DNA of 64,000 nucleotides from Elusimicrobiota bacterium (GTDB lineage Bacteria; Elusimicrobiota; Endomicrobiia; Endomicrobiales; JBDRNC01): NCBI GenBank assembly GCA_043811535.1, contig JBDRNC010000004.1, positions 1 to 64,000 of the forward strand, read 5' to 3'. Shown piece by piece: positions 37,001 to 40,538 of this stretch (position 1 is its first letter; each line of letters starts with the position of its first letter). The notes under the pieces were generated by a model. It saw only the letters and a program-made list of their open reading frames with translations, ran no database searches and was not told where the DNA came from. The position numbers and the translations under genes were made by a program.

Positions 37001-37108
37001 TGCCGTGTTATGTATGCAACAGACATAAGTGAATACAACGGCTACGAACGTTGTAAAGCACTTACGCAGTACTTTTTTCGTTTTTGAGGACCGGTATTTT
37101 GTTTGCAT
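13061..37108 (-). CDS. Giant (8015 aa) secreted YD/RHS-like repeat protein with a C-terminal putative toxin domain
   Basis: Uninterrupted 24-kb ORF; basic then hydrophobic N-terminus ending AMLFA|Q; very many Y[DN]xxG[RQ]hxxYxE repeats; hydrophobic helices near 17450-18060 and 13750-14090; AT-rich C-terminus followed by small genes. Confidence 0.92.
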   Translation of the reverse strand: MQTKYRSSKTKKVLRKCFTTFVAVVFTYVCCIHNTAMLFAQTYGPGIAQAINGKTRELRDRGQSGYFSPDSVQSRIKKQNGVVDYQNRVEQAQDRQRAKVQNKVSQNIDQAGFEHRKNIDQLAAEADNARNKVFSIFGQNSLFNYVLYGDGKKVWFKDDNEVLIENERIVDAHGNISLRNTYNMAYNAKKLLTAYESYTTDSLGNTTYVKWYGGTYTDDSVFYGTDASTHDPDREKNAEKLLTSYTQETTDSRGNTDKIEWKDGEYNGKLLVSYNQKETDIRGNVNEKIWYGGKYDENRQLTEFHEVTTDALGNRVTRDFSGGQYIKNQAYDDDKEKRGEAQDIPEYLLVSYFEETTDDQGNKTTRDFNSAEYDKYGQLVYYREYDTDALGRVKTIEWENGKYDNLGRLTSYNENNTNIDGTVTHVKWTVENYDNTGRVTAYREVRTDALGKETTLYRHDITYTRQGDVVFYIEEDTDARGNKSYVEWKDAQYDKYGRLTAYKEKTTDSLGNTTYKIWKNAAFDRYGHLLYYEESDIDASGNESRRVWKDGVYDIYGQLISYTEISTDIYGNVTTRKWSGATYDEYGRLNEYTENIVDSNGNTIVIKWKAGGVNGEPGYNEYGQLINYVEEITDIYGKTSTKIWSGGKYDDYGNVVEFKETIIDSDGSVYTREWQDGEYDQYNRLISYKEIYTGANGQKITHIWENAIYDSLNRVISYEETYEGDHGNITKISRDNIQYNSLNQMVSYEETVIDSNKTVTDIKWFNAVYDSQGRLTGYTQECVNSNDPQVVVTTTVKDKTYDKYNQQSGGVEIVITQGVTSSGQLVNVKTVTVIQDSRLENGALVEYTKVVETTGLDPSGVMLNQSETTEVTEITPVSWNEKTRTVSDGIDHTVIVKRTNIIRNRDGQITAYTDEVYDGATPGGSTKIERKNTCYNSRGEVLSYQEKTTDIAGSVNEITVSEIMYNGLSQMLTFTRQSTRDTASGQVKETTIRTSAAYDALGRLISYVDKTKTDGIDTETTTEWHACSYSSSNLASHYTTITTLKEPGIFSKEQKITSDKYGITYNVNGQITSYTETIVDSKAPDLTTVNNVKDITYDSIGSVASQDEETHTYGVTKDILPDLANLEEKMLARTKLLFAGSVIDWDSLSDDDKTNLLNGKAVAIRINGQVVSVSLSGDEAVFIVANIDCITKTIRSNAVFDANGRLISYKETARTTGDDGYGNGIDRIEVHVRNNIGYDKNGKIVSYDETQASSDYQNMSTEINMRDMTYDKYGKVLTYSETVTKTGYDGTGSEVFRQKTIAKRSDMVYDGSQRLLGYTEEITRSDLPGTRVTIQRKDMTYDAAGVFTGYKETTKDNNGYITETTAENITTNGLGQETGRKETVRNTAYDSSGNVVLDNTQISQIEYVRYNSVGQKIIYIETLKTSDSQVTQRIKWSDGAYNNYGQLESYYQKTIFEDSDNNNIIKIETLNRTKTVYNNLGQVVETDETTDSSDAPGINVNRKTYGITYNNRGLKDKYSQTIVETGRNILGFTTHEITTQINRLSTQYNDLGLVTSFEENTIKTGQGSDGEKLNIVSNVSRANMVYSPAKLLTSYTETSVNNENPDVVINSAWNGKYNINGQLIAYTQNDNNGVQNILTERNSIVYNNLGQMTGYSETTRRTAEGLACVSGGNLNTVTDINRTQITYDDCGRLYSYDDQIVSGDQPGVVINTVRKSTIYDSLGQVRSLTEETSSGDSIHNGLPNLHKLYTRANKSINELGMVTSYDEVTQDLTRNTQDDVYRTGIKYNDVGQVIAYNETTKETSISENDLNIDSTVNRIGTAYDKYGNVTGYQETRNTSVAPDITETITYSAELDDAGFVVSYDRQDLLQNTPGSPEYRRLTGTHRQNVVYDSNGRLISYDERQVSSDRPGITNETKRSGITYNDLGQQTGYSEADSVYSIDKQYDVETHTTRSNIQYNDAGFEQYYDEIQTTNGAPDVSIARSWSGAVYDDLGRLSEFTLNETKTGDDGNGNTISLINTTHRRETNYNDLNQVISQIDNVNSSSESGVTTTDRITGITYDGRGQRLAYRKVEIKQSGDGKLNLTSTTDRISTAYSSSGQEIGYVETSNVSDSPDLTATVTRDGITYLNSGLVSGYTETTLKAGKDSFGNVILETQARTTRSGTSYTTTGDISAYSETIESNISGNSSRSWTANTINGLGQVIAYTETGINPNEGNYTKSWQGSYDSQNRVMAFSETDTSGNSGTSKQSRDSIVYNDKGQLAGYNESGHSDGSPSYTKTFTADYEDAYTICGQQNHYKEVKTNSQSIQTVTERENERYNGLGLIVSYNEIVSENAPGLEKKDSETAWNSAEYNHKGQLIKFIQSENSSIYDSQTSLKVYTESGSKVWEGVLYNSNGQLTEYKESDETAVKDLNGSIILENSTNLTRSGIVYDNAGHQAQYDETGEGTTTGNYEKHWTATGFNAQGRVAGYTETGRSEATGPGNITRSGIVYDDNGITIGYSDKGISGGKFINNTWQGLAYDALGRILSYTESGYTENGYYIKTQKNTVYNLLSQLVSYDETGKNTSYGTYTSENTLIIYDSNGRKLSVHQKLVETNQDTVTETDWQAANGGYNNEGQLIGYTEKGTISESGQLAYNIDTTWKADYADSYTEDGQLNHYVVINRKISAINGVVSTTVQEINHCTFSPEDERLTGYNEKIYTRLENPNEADPAKMVSENTVSTVRTDIKYYGSADTAENPQKIEGMVSSYEEFTVDSNALEKPVQRIVDNITYDSQGYKYSSIDVSAEEDLLNASMRRFSDWLAMSQNIISPTQEWTAATLAVSNMLNSTADLAGRILNWLETNAAITVASAQNGLQALMNAVKASIASALDLWQSLVRTMQNILPELSGAVSDINAAAQGLLSGQIIDQYRADCVLPAVTEASSAYSKLKPFDFVATVTYRLNTIYDTNKRPVSWAENTYTSSAKEKVTASQVSVTYLNNTQKYDTYSARIVEEEKVTNLFRSNYVYNALDQAVEYKETTFEGDVLHVSQNAGNSEELNWQNLTPLQKNDLMNNLLDNSSEAQELVTINYYQNVSYNAAQQMVDYDLTTERRGYTYQDFFEAASVANDLSQQIAVIQQQNEIVKEAEDAYNSALDEWKQECEKIAQTFGLDANNIDETNPDAVIREITGILKDKIINEADCEKVLEDAQNDLNFKLEILSQKEMELNSAKESLTNYEIQWLSPTGSVAQEDYLINNLKLWDVVAKISTLYSYADKYVTDSQTRYVIESTLTSAKSRIQNVFSSWSISDSLNNTSLIEELSDELQDALYGVNSKIGLINTSINQKLDGSIEGSIQQRYDELFDVNGYKEIYGKINDLNTKLKSVSPWYIHESGPWNYSLYYWQVTIQNNHIYEFTCLEYHPYGWGSTPVILNPTNRELSIQETKNYTHSGQMVSDVNNMGVWLEQKLNLLIAYPGYYENYIPKLQAFCNDYTSGENTLIKEANQILINAKSARDDSYNQANLFSDYCQQASLYKNNIATLGNTLRNARMTEAIAGSNYLNYKNIEVGQSRIGFNNRTNDLSAAANDKENKQNAIENASNILNEVNTQNNIVINEKDTYSSISNDYINLQVNAVNKLKGSEMLIDGKKYVLDETQLQELCGSNPKSIMLDNGKSYTLAELGAVAQVKVNASQTTTTSRRNINYNGRGLLKSYDEISFTGIQIKINNQVADWASLDDELKSKVMNANGSVKAALIDAGSLVITHALSHEYDKNNRLISNNIEIRETKLQDSNNSQIESEYTHSYSVNTNDIKYDKHGNMIDYVKTTIEDGKTTVEKTLEDRKYDDQNRLIKSDIETTESMSEYNKTFRTVTSDMKYNSLDQLIRYQRMTQEGNQITAEVSQVDMKYNLQGQLIYSKNKVLETTAYKLSINTSLIPGDAEGKITYVETKDTIYDARGNAIAMGRTTTDEDKISRENMSDMQYDERGRLIQSASNVVETGISANTAFYRNYTVNLKVGAYNEANLAMKQIKTTIEGTKTTIESSIENMRYDEQGRLIYSNSRITEQYAGGVEHTYNVKTEISKYDENRRVAEQTKTIVDGNKMVTETNDLDSNGNKIDFGYDSKGVLSKRVMDVNEVSIDDSGRITGDYAKSYRITEDMTYNSFNQLATSNRKTEYYNKTTTSDDSVQKTFTNTEEENTAYRYNTKGQTVETVTIKGSYPSGEESSEKKTTQVTIVPASGYNSDNQMKNYINVSFEGDDLTITRDNAVVNLKWNELTANEQSELLQGKNCENLKYNLVINYMNDVKYKGNMIDSWIAATRVLGSDGNNTDLKSLLTSTFGGLQFDSNTSDEMKKVLEISNFDATIGKGTLVFSNGDEIHASSLQDDDKLALINAVLTQTDVTIRGQRLNDTVNPIKIRIPVDSTSVTVRLETNYDKARKLGQVESYKEVNLMGSGIVLNGQYRTWNSINENDKKELINEWEALQKNNSGAIESTLAEYVPNNLVTYTCMSGIGYDKKGGMNTWLLTKQELQADYKNVKYAQNGEVKLTANRVSSSNRLETEYNQAGQEIASHEVNVGADGERTSGWTFTVYDDNFGSDGKGRPVETIKLTRNDSVADSGWNIEYTKVKPVLGEDDGFVKFGEKYLFKRVETVTTHNVQVSNDLSSAVSLKDFAGQYIIGNASLFGSINHIYSAESTSQQEKDLTTFEYDTNSPDYQSPRTSRTTKAHTDASGISSVEDTYYCYQGVDTKPAYTRTINVINPQLNTDGCWNGGGSGQAGEIWTVEDTYIDQYDSRGVIKHSGTVKKNASGLYTYEDANFQYSYGKVTNVAKKIYENIDANCMVAVNQALAGNAGNPANQISDFMSYSGGGYTVTENTEYVYSGDNLSNTYVWRQDADGFDTGEQNKYTYDDATGKVIASETTNIEGIDSLNKVINFSRINSQYYWTTTTKDHMVYYDSTDAGSGQYKGQLSGYIEIVTSKDAPDKITENTVTSINYNNLLRNTHKMTNVTIKDTSNNNSVLQAYSVETTAGIPDGKYTDGYDVLGRMAEYIQRTIDRGVTTIELVTQGYSVTGRANDVKKEITETGAGMDRHYTREAHINEFDGLFRNSPSNETVTTIEGERLTAQQNTYTYENDNKRVKEMDATTVVMAIINGAAVINSTSYSCRKNEAFNGLGLVTQYQDRTSANGKTDVQGVHDVKYDGSGQVISQTAYWTETIAGNDSYNKRWEVITLFQSYNDLGQLVSCNRRTNENYDAATSKYGKYTIEKCDQIIYGTDGRVINSVSTYEEKDKQTNGTELNRLYKVSTQSTYDSRGLGQVIGYSRTTEEGTGSLSNFNSYKVETENASNITYNMNEQVKTQVVDYTEQSVRQDGSPDGVLNHSYSVKTLNNLYINSLLAGYSRETYNDSASPDKEILETASGITYNSQGQIEHSDTQYVEKDESGNLNRSYKVSVSNDNYNELGQVIAYTRTTKEGGKTTLDTASALQYDAGGNMTASTVLTKETGNGLSETYKTTINNTFNMLGQITGYLKTTQENEKATTETGSGLIYDNNNRLTGSRISYTETNSAYTEIQNGEVITVAEGEILNHSYTVESAGMVYNSLGQLIRYSRTTIDGDKTTVENTIKDNNYDIKGQLSYSELQYTETGNSSLGNLNHTYIVETNNTHYNNSGQMTSYVRTTYDGKVTTENTYMSYDLQGRILSTNQIITEAGSSLTGDLNNTYSVKTVNSSFNKMNQVTGYTRTTNEGTDIVEKVSGQTFDRQGRLLQYSKETEEGSKISLENTTSDISYDNLGRISNIQLARTDKDNSGGSILNTQYAVNTIDNSYDESGRVTNYRTITTETQNISANEKCVKTTDETVSLNYNGIGQVIQTNNCTSETDADYVNGSCINSITFYHITQTQNSGFNSRGQIIRYTRSTTERVWSGGSLVDGKVTIETTLSDQSYDTEGRVVYSNTLIKEIGGNLDHSYKQTIITAYNSLGQAASRNEKIYDDNGAPDKVTVIGQTDITYDVHGRIYSYEQQTKSNASPDITLVVDRVATKYNGLGQISGYTETQKNYKNGALLWTISSNVINIVYDQNNRIAFEDEMRSWDNIGGGNIPGLDSAWKNASVELCTSKEYNIYGQVVTNTVRAKGNGTYGSGSTGTLGTITTNSRITAKGIDIGYIQTNIQYDSYGREKESWSYVSQWGTYDYWYIKKIQRLYDISKEDSQITEVLGQIAVISHDVINSYDTYGRVKSSESSFLKYDGNMTQGTETTTNIQYNSDGTRHSSKTETTITAHVKEDWAETAYNNPYITQVVFGANSLNSWNITSAQAGFTLSGNLKTYYDSYSWSGSIKQITSNSNTVYSYDSYGNIDQEATRNKSNITVETTTASDISLGDQITSVLISAGEIALNIIMPGIGTVVNILIMAAVNMAIKVIRAAFSGTDLSNENLWKMAGESAVNAVSNDYLKRINDIENKYIKVAKNVVIKTASNVANNLIEGTWETNIYLISVIDGSIASIGVVKDTDVKKVLNVLLITSLNVGAAMAKGVKDGNQLGIVAAMNVAMNTATAEGWVKEDANSSSDGKRITSLSVAESFTMALVGMAISRVIYNNVNNVEGQTVSAYVLQISVSIAEKVMAPKNNTKLDADTISKINNSLKTFAISFNSGVNKGMSEGESRKFQQTVITYRTGPGEKSIKEQLKDQQDKINMENRGEIAFVNMTAEYGADFGNKIVDWKKENNKQQGQDGKTHESNKEYIASENQNSHNKDLSSDGIMSSLYGELKLNRIFNEISSGNENSGVLLFGSRDNINQALSENDIENAFEILGAHVDKVILNEMGLDSNKLDSLKGYFNADSVLGAEINGLKMAVFLSGDDTIKGVFYKGQDNRDTAISVSFVKDGNKVVGINGTIRRGNDVSTFALVLGGKDLDNAKSMILNLARMQNASTDVKEAIKTAKSVYTEEDKASSASRSVYMGQNGDPQAVEFSIKDENGKTQHTLLVYDKSHSDDVLASGKVYSAQDGKSYSSVFETFKIEYSNGNRVLAQVNPALVNAVHLGNNASLVYVQQGNNGKTRIISMNKATGQLEYVYDKGKGTNGQDRLVVFADNFDKVQDVEIVSFDSLKKEEKSRITSSMPVMDKRDIAVVTKTIADMQNSLIQTKLAKMADALHFKIDTEKGQILMTLSGVNGLPNGETVLQVTDMPTGKDGKLTLVCMQINRDGSQLSNGGKQVIISPADSSLAKDILGDKDINAPKGSYLIAVMDGRIAHISVKDANQNTIKALQCDMNSEIVNKVLRNIQTQATLASNPLTKVLESITSAFKTVGNFIANAAIKIWNLITGKEGKDNIEHAVIIMSNGAEFETGGKLGGQLVETNIPGIFMLEGRAVLKLNNTQYEVTCAIVKMDGNKPEIISAYLENNGEQYSLNSKGEIASFGEIANNIKDLRETAVQLDILLPNLIDDKVNFTNRIQEEVNTQVDRFGGKGLINKIKLNFESENAAYTDAVTAVKKEVETISENMTNLIRQGNYAAAHEYLGDSIEQVKSYEEILNNQETLIKQSNIAFNNALYKGMLPLNAMAIKLNARDKISAKQMEFTGKILGNYMLNVKKLINGGMINGDTAKYLLSVYAKGNELLGKKIDIYDGIKLNAIEGASKMSMEFSDFLDNKARTATSEVVFWNLASQFNPLKVVRSEVESMETGNDTWLKDSGFIGNVLYHAQHGLHMTGEMTIAYINTFTGIGALSTSLIAIGESNVRNICTLSGKDEKTTVKWEGIVGNSMMCLGVASGKGLLTWKNMGKTIAIAAGFAGLNNGIEKGASIVTNDSEKRQAISMSVLVVLGSTGKLKKISRVKNKSTGNINENLARKEVARKVVKNIEETSKKVKNVSKVDRIITQGEKGIIGRANLPIRTTKESWLKGQMTDLEWNSLRNYAKTIKKDIVLSGSLSETNLGLQRRYGLLENTTLKDKYRIPDWRMKKLNSGLVDRGIGDVDIWEGSKLTNNELLEIKRSIFPKFTIDPPNTGYSLERYKNIKSFGSEKGPGALIFKANGDVERIPAVWQKWSSQKQIKIK

Positions 37109-37127
37109 GTTATTTGTTTATCCTTTT

Positions 37128-37163
37128 TCACTTACAATATACCGATCCGCGCGTATTTTTTGT
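37128..37163 (-). promoter_or_regulatory. Conserved promoter-like motif, copy 2 (upstream of the giant gene)
   Basis: ACAAAAAATACGCGC-GGATCGGTATATTGTAAGTGA, ending 19 nt before the ATG at 37108. Confidence 0.8.
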
Positions 37164-37176
37164 CGTGTCCCGCAAA

Positions 37177-37202
37177 TAAAAAAAACGGCTTTTAGCCGTT
37201 TT
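37177..37202 (-). terminator. Intrinsic terminator between the sigma-like gene and the giant-gene promoter
   Basis: Minus strand AAAACGGCT-aaa-AGCCGTTTTTTTT. Confidence 0.65.
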
Positions 37203-37240
37203 ATAATATCATTGAATTTACAATCAATATTGTTGCTTAA

Positions 37241-37900
37241 TTATTCATTGAACCCCTGCATCCTTTTCTTAATCCTCGCTCTCATGTTATATATATCGGA
37301 TATTTTCATATTCATTTTTTGGGCGGCCTCGTCTTCACCGTACTGCGCAACATACTCCAGATATCTCATCTCCTTCGGCCCAAGCCATTTTGACAGTTTA
37401 TTCAACAGCAGTTCAACCTCTCTTTTCTCATCCGCCTTTTTGTCTTCTAAATCATGCCTGTCCTCAATCCCTGGATGTAGCGATATTACCTCGCTCTTGA
37501 CCTTATGTTTTGCCAGAATGTTGTAGTACTTGTGTTTATCCCCATAAGTGAATCCGTCGCCTTTTATTAAATTAAGTTCTCTTTGAATGTTCTTGTACAC
37601 ATGAAATTTAGAATATGTGATGAACTTCGCCCCGTGTTTCCTGGCTATGTTCGGGTTATACTTCTCCAGCGCCGCAGTTGTGCCTATTACTGACGCCGAG
37701 TATAGTTCTTCTATGGGCATATTGTTTTTTGAAGCCACTTTTTGCATTAATGGGATAAAATACTCGACCGATTCCTCTATTACCTTGTCTTTGTCTTCCT
37801 GTTTTTTGTCCTTAACATATCTTTGGATGTGAAACTCTATTGAGTCGCAAAGCTTCTGATTACCAGTATCCGGCGTTCTTGTCTTATCAGGAATGGACAT
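37241..37900 (-). CDS. Divergent sigma-70-family factor (region 2 plus a C-terminal region-4-like HTH)
   Basis: IEELYSASVIGTTAALEKYNPN...GAKFITYSKFHVYKNI matches the region-2 pattern DL..EG..GL..A..KFDP..G.KFSTYA..WI; C-terminal EAAQKMNMKISDIYNMRARIKKRM. Confidence 0.75.
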   Translation of the reverse strand: MSIPDKTRTPDTGNQKLCDSIEFHIQRYVKDKKQEDKDKVIEESVEYFIPLMQKVASKNNMPIEELYSASVIGTTAALEKYNPNIARKHGAKFITYSKFHVYKNIQRELNLIKGDGFTYGDKHKYYNILAKHKVKSEVISLHPGIEDRHDLEDKKADEKREVELLLNKLSKWLGPKEMRYLEYVAQYGEDEAAQKMNMKISDIYNMRARIKKRMQGFNE

Positions 37901-37906
37901 TTCTGT

Positions 37907-38995
37907 TTATATTAATCCTTTTTTTCTGCAAAGAATTGTATTTATGCTTGTCCCGCCTTCCCTTGCCGGATCTACTATTTCTATTTCCCTTTGTTTGATG
38001 TTTTCAAATATCTTTGCTATTTCTGCCGCCTTTTCCATATCTTTCATCATTGTTTTAACTATCATGCCATGACAGTATTCAAGCCATTCATTATTGATTT
38101 TTCGCGTCCCCGGAGCGACCGGGATGACGTCCGGTTCCGCGAACAATTCGGAAGCGGACATGCATTCAAGCGCGTCTTCCGTGAAAATAACGGTAGAACC
38201 GCTGCGCAGGCGCATTAACCTGTTACCGTTTAAAAGCATGGGGATGTCGTTTTTCGGATTAATGAATATGGGTTTTTCATCCGATATATCCCAACCCTGC
38301 AAATTTGTGATAACGTCTTTTTCAAAGAACGGGATGACAATCCTGTAATTCTCGAATTTCAGCCCGCCGTCGTACGTCAATATTCCCGCCTTGATAAGGC
38401 TTTCGCTGTTCGGATACTTGTCTCTAAGCCACTTCATAACCTTTTCAAGGTCGTTCAGATATACCACGTTATATTGATGTAGTGTGCTTTTTGATATTCC
38501 CATCCGTTCAAACCCGGCTGCAACTTCAGGGAACTCTGTCACCCTCTTCCCCGAAGCCCAAATAAGGCTATACATCGGAGTGTACATCGATGTATCCGCC
38601 ACATTATGCAGGAGTTCCGTTCTTTCGTCAGAGTAGCCGTCAAAACCCCTTTCCTTTCTCTCTTTTTCAAGTTTACTATTAAACTCGTCTACATAAGCGA
38701 CTGCTTCCGGTAAACCGATTTTCTTTATAGCCATAACAAGTTCGAAACAGTCGCCCCTCCATCTGCCTGTCATCTTAGTCAACGGGTCATCCTTGCAGAC
38801 AAGGCATTCAAACGTCCTTATTAACGGATGAACCACGAAACTTGCGTGCGCGTCGCCCTGGGCGTGATTCTCTCCCCGGGGACAATGAAAGGTCTTTGCG
38901 CCGCGCATTCTCTTCAACCCCAGATGAGCGCATAGCGCGATCATATCGCATTTTTGTTTAATTTCTTCCATGTATTCGTCATCTAAATGGCTCAT
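37907..38995 (-). CDS. DnaG-like protein: CHC2 zinc finger plus degenerate TOPRIM domain
   Basis: EEIKQKCDM...FHCPRGENH...ASFVV...FECLVC...GDCFELVMAIKKIGLPEAV; FENYRIVIPF; VIFTEDALECMS. Confidence 0.8.
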   Translation of the reverse strand: MSHLDDEYMEEIKQKCDMIALCAHLGLKRMRGAKTFHCPRGENHAQGDAHASFVVHPLIRTFECLVCKDDPLTKMTGRWRGDCFELVMAIKKIGLPEAVAYVDEFNSKLEKERKERGFDGYSDERTELLHNVADTSMYTPMYSLIWASGKRVTEFPEVAAGFERMGISKSTLHQYNVVYLNDLEKVMKWLRDKYPNSESLIKAGILTYDGGLKFENYRIVIPFFEKDVITNLQGWDISDEKPIFINPKNDIPMLLNGNRLMRLRSGSTVIFTEDALECMSASELFAEPDVIPVAPGTRKINNEWLEYCHGMIVKTMMKDMEKAAEIAKIFENIKQREIEIVDPAREGGTSINTILCRKKGLI

Positions 38996-39203
38996 CGCTT
39001 TTTGTTCCTTTAGGATAATGCTTTGGATTCTTAAGGGATATTATAATATTTTACAATACCCTATACAAGTAAGCGCTAAACAAAAAACCCATATTTCAAA
39101 AATACGGGTTTAATATTGTAATGTGCGCTATTATAAAAACACTGTTAAAATATGCCCTATCTTATACAATATATTCTTGGATTGAATTCATTATACAGCG
39201 TTT

Positions 39204-40157
39204 TCATTCGCTTTTTCTTTGATCAACATAATACGAATCGCCTTTTACCGCCTTTGCCGCTCTTTTTACTTCGGTCAGCATGTTTGACGCTTCAGGCCAG
39301 TTTTTTGCCTTCCGGAAATCTGATATTATCACGCCGATACTTATGCTTAAAAGATTATACTTTTCAGTCTCTCCTTTGCGGTTTTTCCCTTCAAAATATC
39401 CGCGCGCGACATCGCTTTCCGCATATGCCACACACCGCACCTTATCCATTTGGCCTATTATTGCCTTACAGAGGATATCAATATTAAAATCGCCCCAGGC
39501 GGCCGCAACGAAGTCATCGCCGCCAATATGACCTAAGAAATAGGTTTTGGGCACTATCTGCCTCAAGCCTCTATCTATGGCCTTTGCCACTTCCCTGATA
39601 GCCTTGTCGCCGTTATCCGTCCCGTAAACATCATTATAGGCCTTGAAATTATCGCAATCAATGTACAGAACGGCATACCTGTCCTTTTCGGCCACAATAT
39701 GGTTAATTTCCCTTGTAATCAGGCTGTTCCCCGGAAGCCGTGTTAACGTGTTAATATCTATCTGTATCTTATGCTCCACCAAAATGCTTTGAACAAGCGA
39801 TATGAGTTCCTGTTTATTCCTGTCTTTTTCAAAGAAATACGGCGTTATTGTCCTGGCCAGGATTTTATCCTGATGGCCTGTATTTTTCCCTGTAAGATAT
39901 AGAAACGGTATATGCATTAGCCGGTAATCTTTCCTTACTTCCTCCCCGAACAGATAGCCGTTCATTTCCGGCATGCTTATGTCCGAAATTATAATATCCG
40001 GCACTTTATTATCGCTGTTCGAAAGGTATTCCAGGGCCTTTTCCGGACGCGTAAAATCCATAATCTCGTAAATATCCTGTGTTTCAAATAGAAGCCTGTA
40101 TTGCTCCAAGGCCTCTGGCTCGTCATCTACAATCATGATATTCGCTTTCGGAATCAT
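39204..40157 (-). CDS. Response regulator with GGDEF-type domain (GGDDF variant)
   Basis: IMIVDDEP, PDIIISDISMPEMNG, NTLTRLPGN, YIDCDNFKAYNDVYG, GHIGGDDF. Confidence 0.92.
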   Translation of the reverse strand: MIPKANIMIVDDEPEALEQYRLLFETQDIYEIMDFTRPEKALEYLSNSDNKVPDIIISDISMPEMNGYLFGEEVRKDYRLMHIPFLYLTGKNTGHQDKILARTITPYFFEKDRNKQELISLVQSILVEHKIQIDINTLTRLPGNSLITREINHIVAEKDRYAVLYIDCDNFKAYNDVYGTDNGDKAIREVAKAIDRGLRQIVPKTYFLGHIGGDDFVAAAWGDFNIDILCKAIIGQMDKVRCVAYAESDVARGYFEGKNRKGETEKYNLLSISIGVIISDFRKAKNWPEASNMLTEVKRAAKAVKGDSYYVDQRKSE

Positions 40158-40160
40158 TTG

Positions 40161-40538
40161 TTAACCTTTTCTTATGACTTTGTTTGTTATTGCCGTAAAA
40201 TCGCCGGATTTAACGGGTTTTACCAGATACCCTGCTATTCTATCATTTTTTTCAAGTTCTTTTTTTAGATTCCGGTTATCCAACACCGTTACTACAACTA
40301 TCGGTATGTTCTTCGTTGCTTCATCCTCCCCCATTTTCTTTATAACGTCTATCCCGTCTTCCCCGGGCATTAACAGATCCATTGTTATTAGGTCCGGTTT
40401 TATGCTTTTTGCCTTATTAAACCCGTCTTCTCCGGAATAAGCCAAAACCGTGTCAAAACCCCTGTCTTTGAGATTTAGGGCTATTATTCTGCCGTGATCG
40501 GCTTCATCGTCGATAATTAACGCAGTTTTTCTGCCCAA
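40161..40538 (-). CDS. Single-domain response regulator
   Basis: LIIDDE, PDLITMDLLMPGEDG, YLVKP. Confidence 0.92.
   Translation of the reverse strand: MGRKTALIIDDEADHGRIIALNLKDRGFDTVLAYSGEDGFNKAKSIKPDLITMDLLMPGEDGIDVIKKMGEDEATKNIPIVVVTVLDNRNLKKELEKNDRIAGYLVKPVKSGDFTAITNKVIRKG

Noticed and set aside
13061..37108. CRISPR array or nucleotide tandem repeat in the repetitive giant region
   Set aside because: The repeats are visible only at protein level; no identical spaced DNA repeats and no cas genes were seen anywhere in the window.
37907..38995. Host replicative primase dnaG or an intact prophage
   Set aside because: Too short, catalytic motifs degenerate, no helicase-binding tail, and no phage structural or integrase genes nearby.
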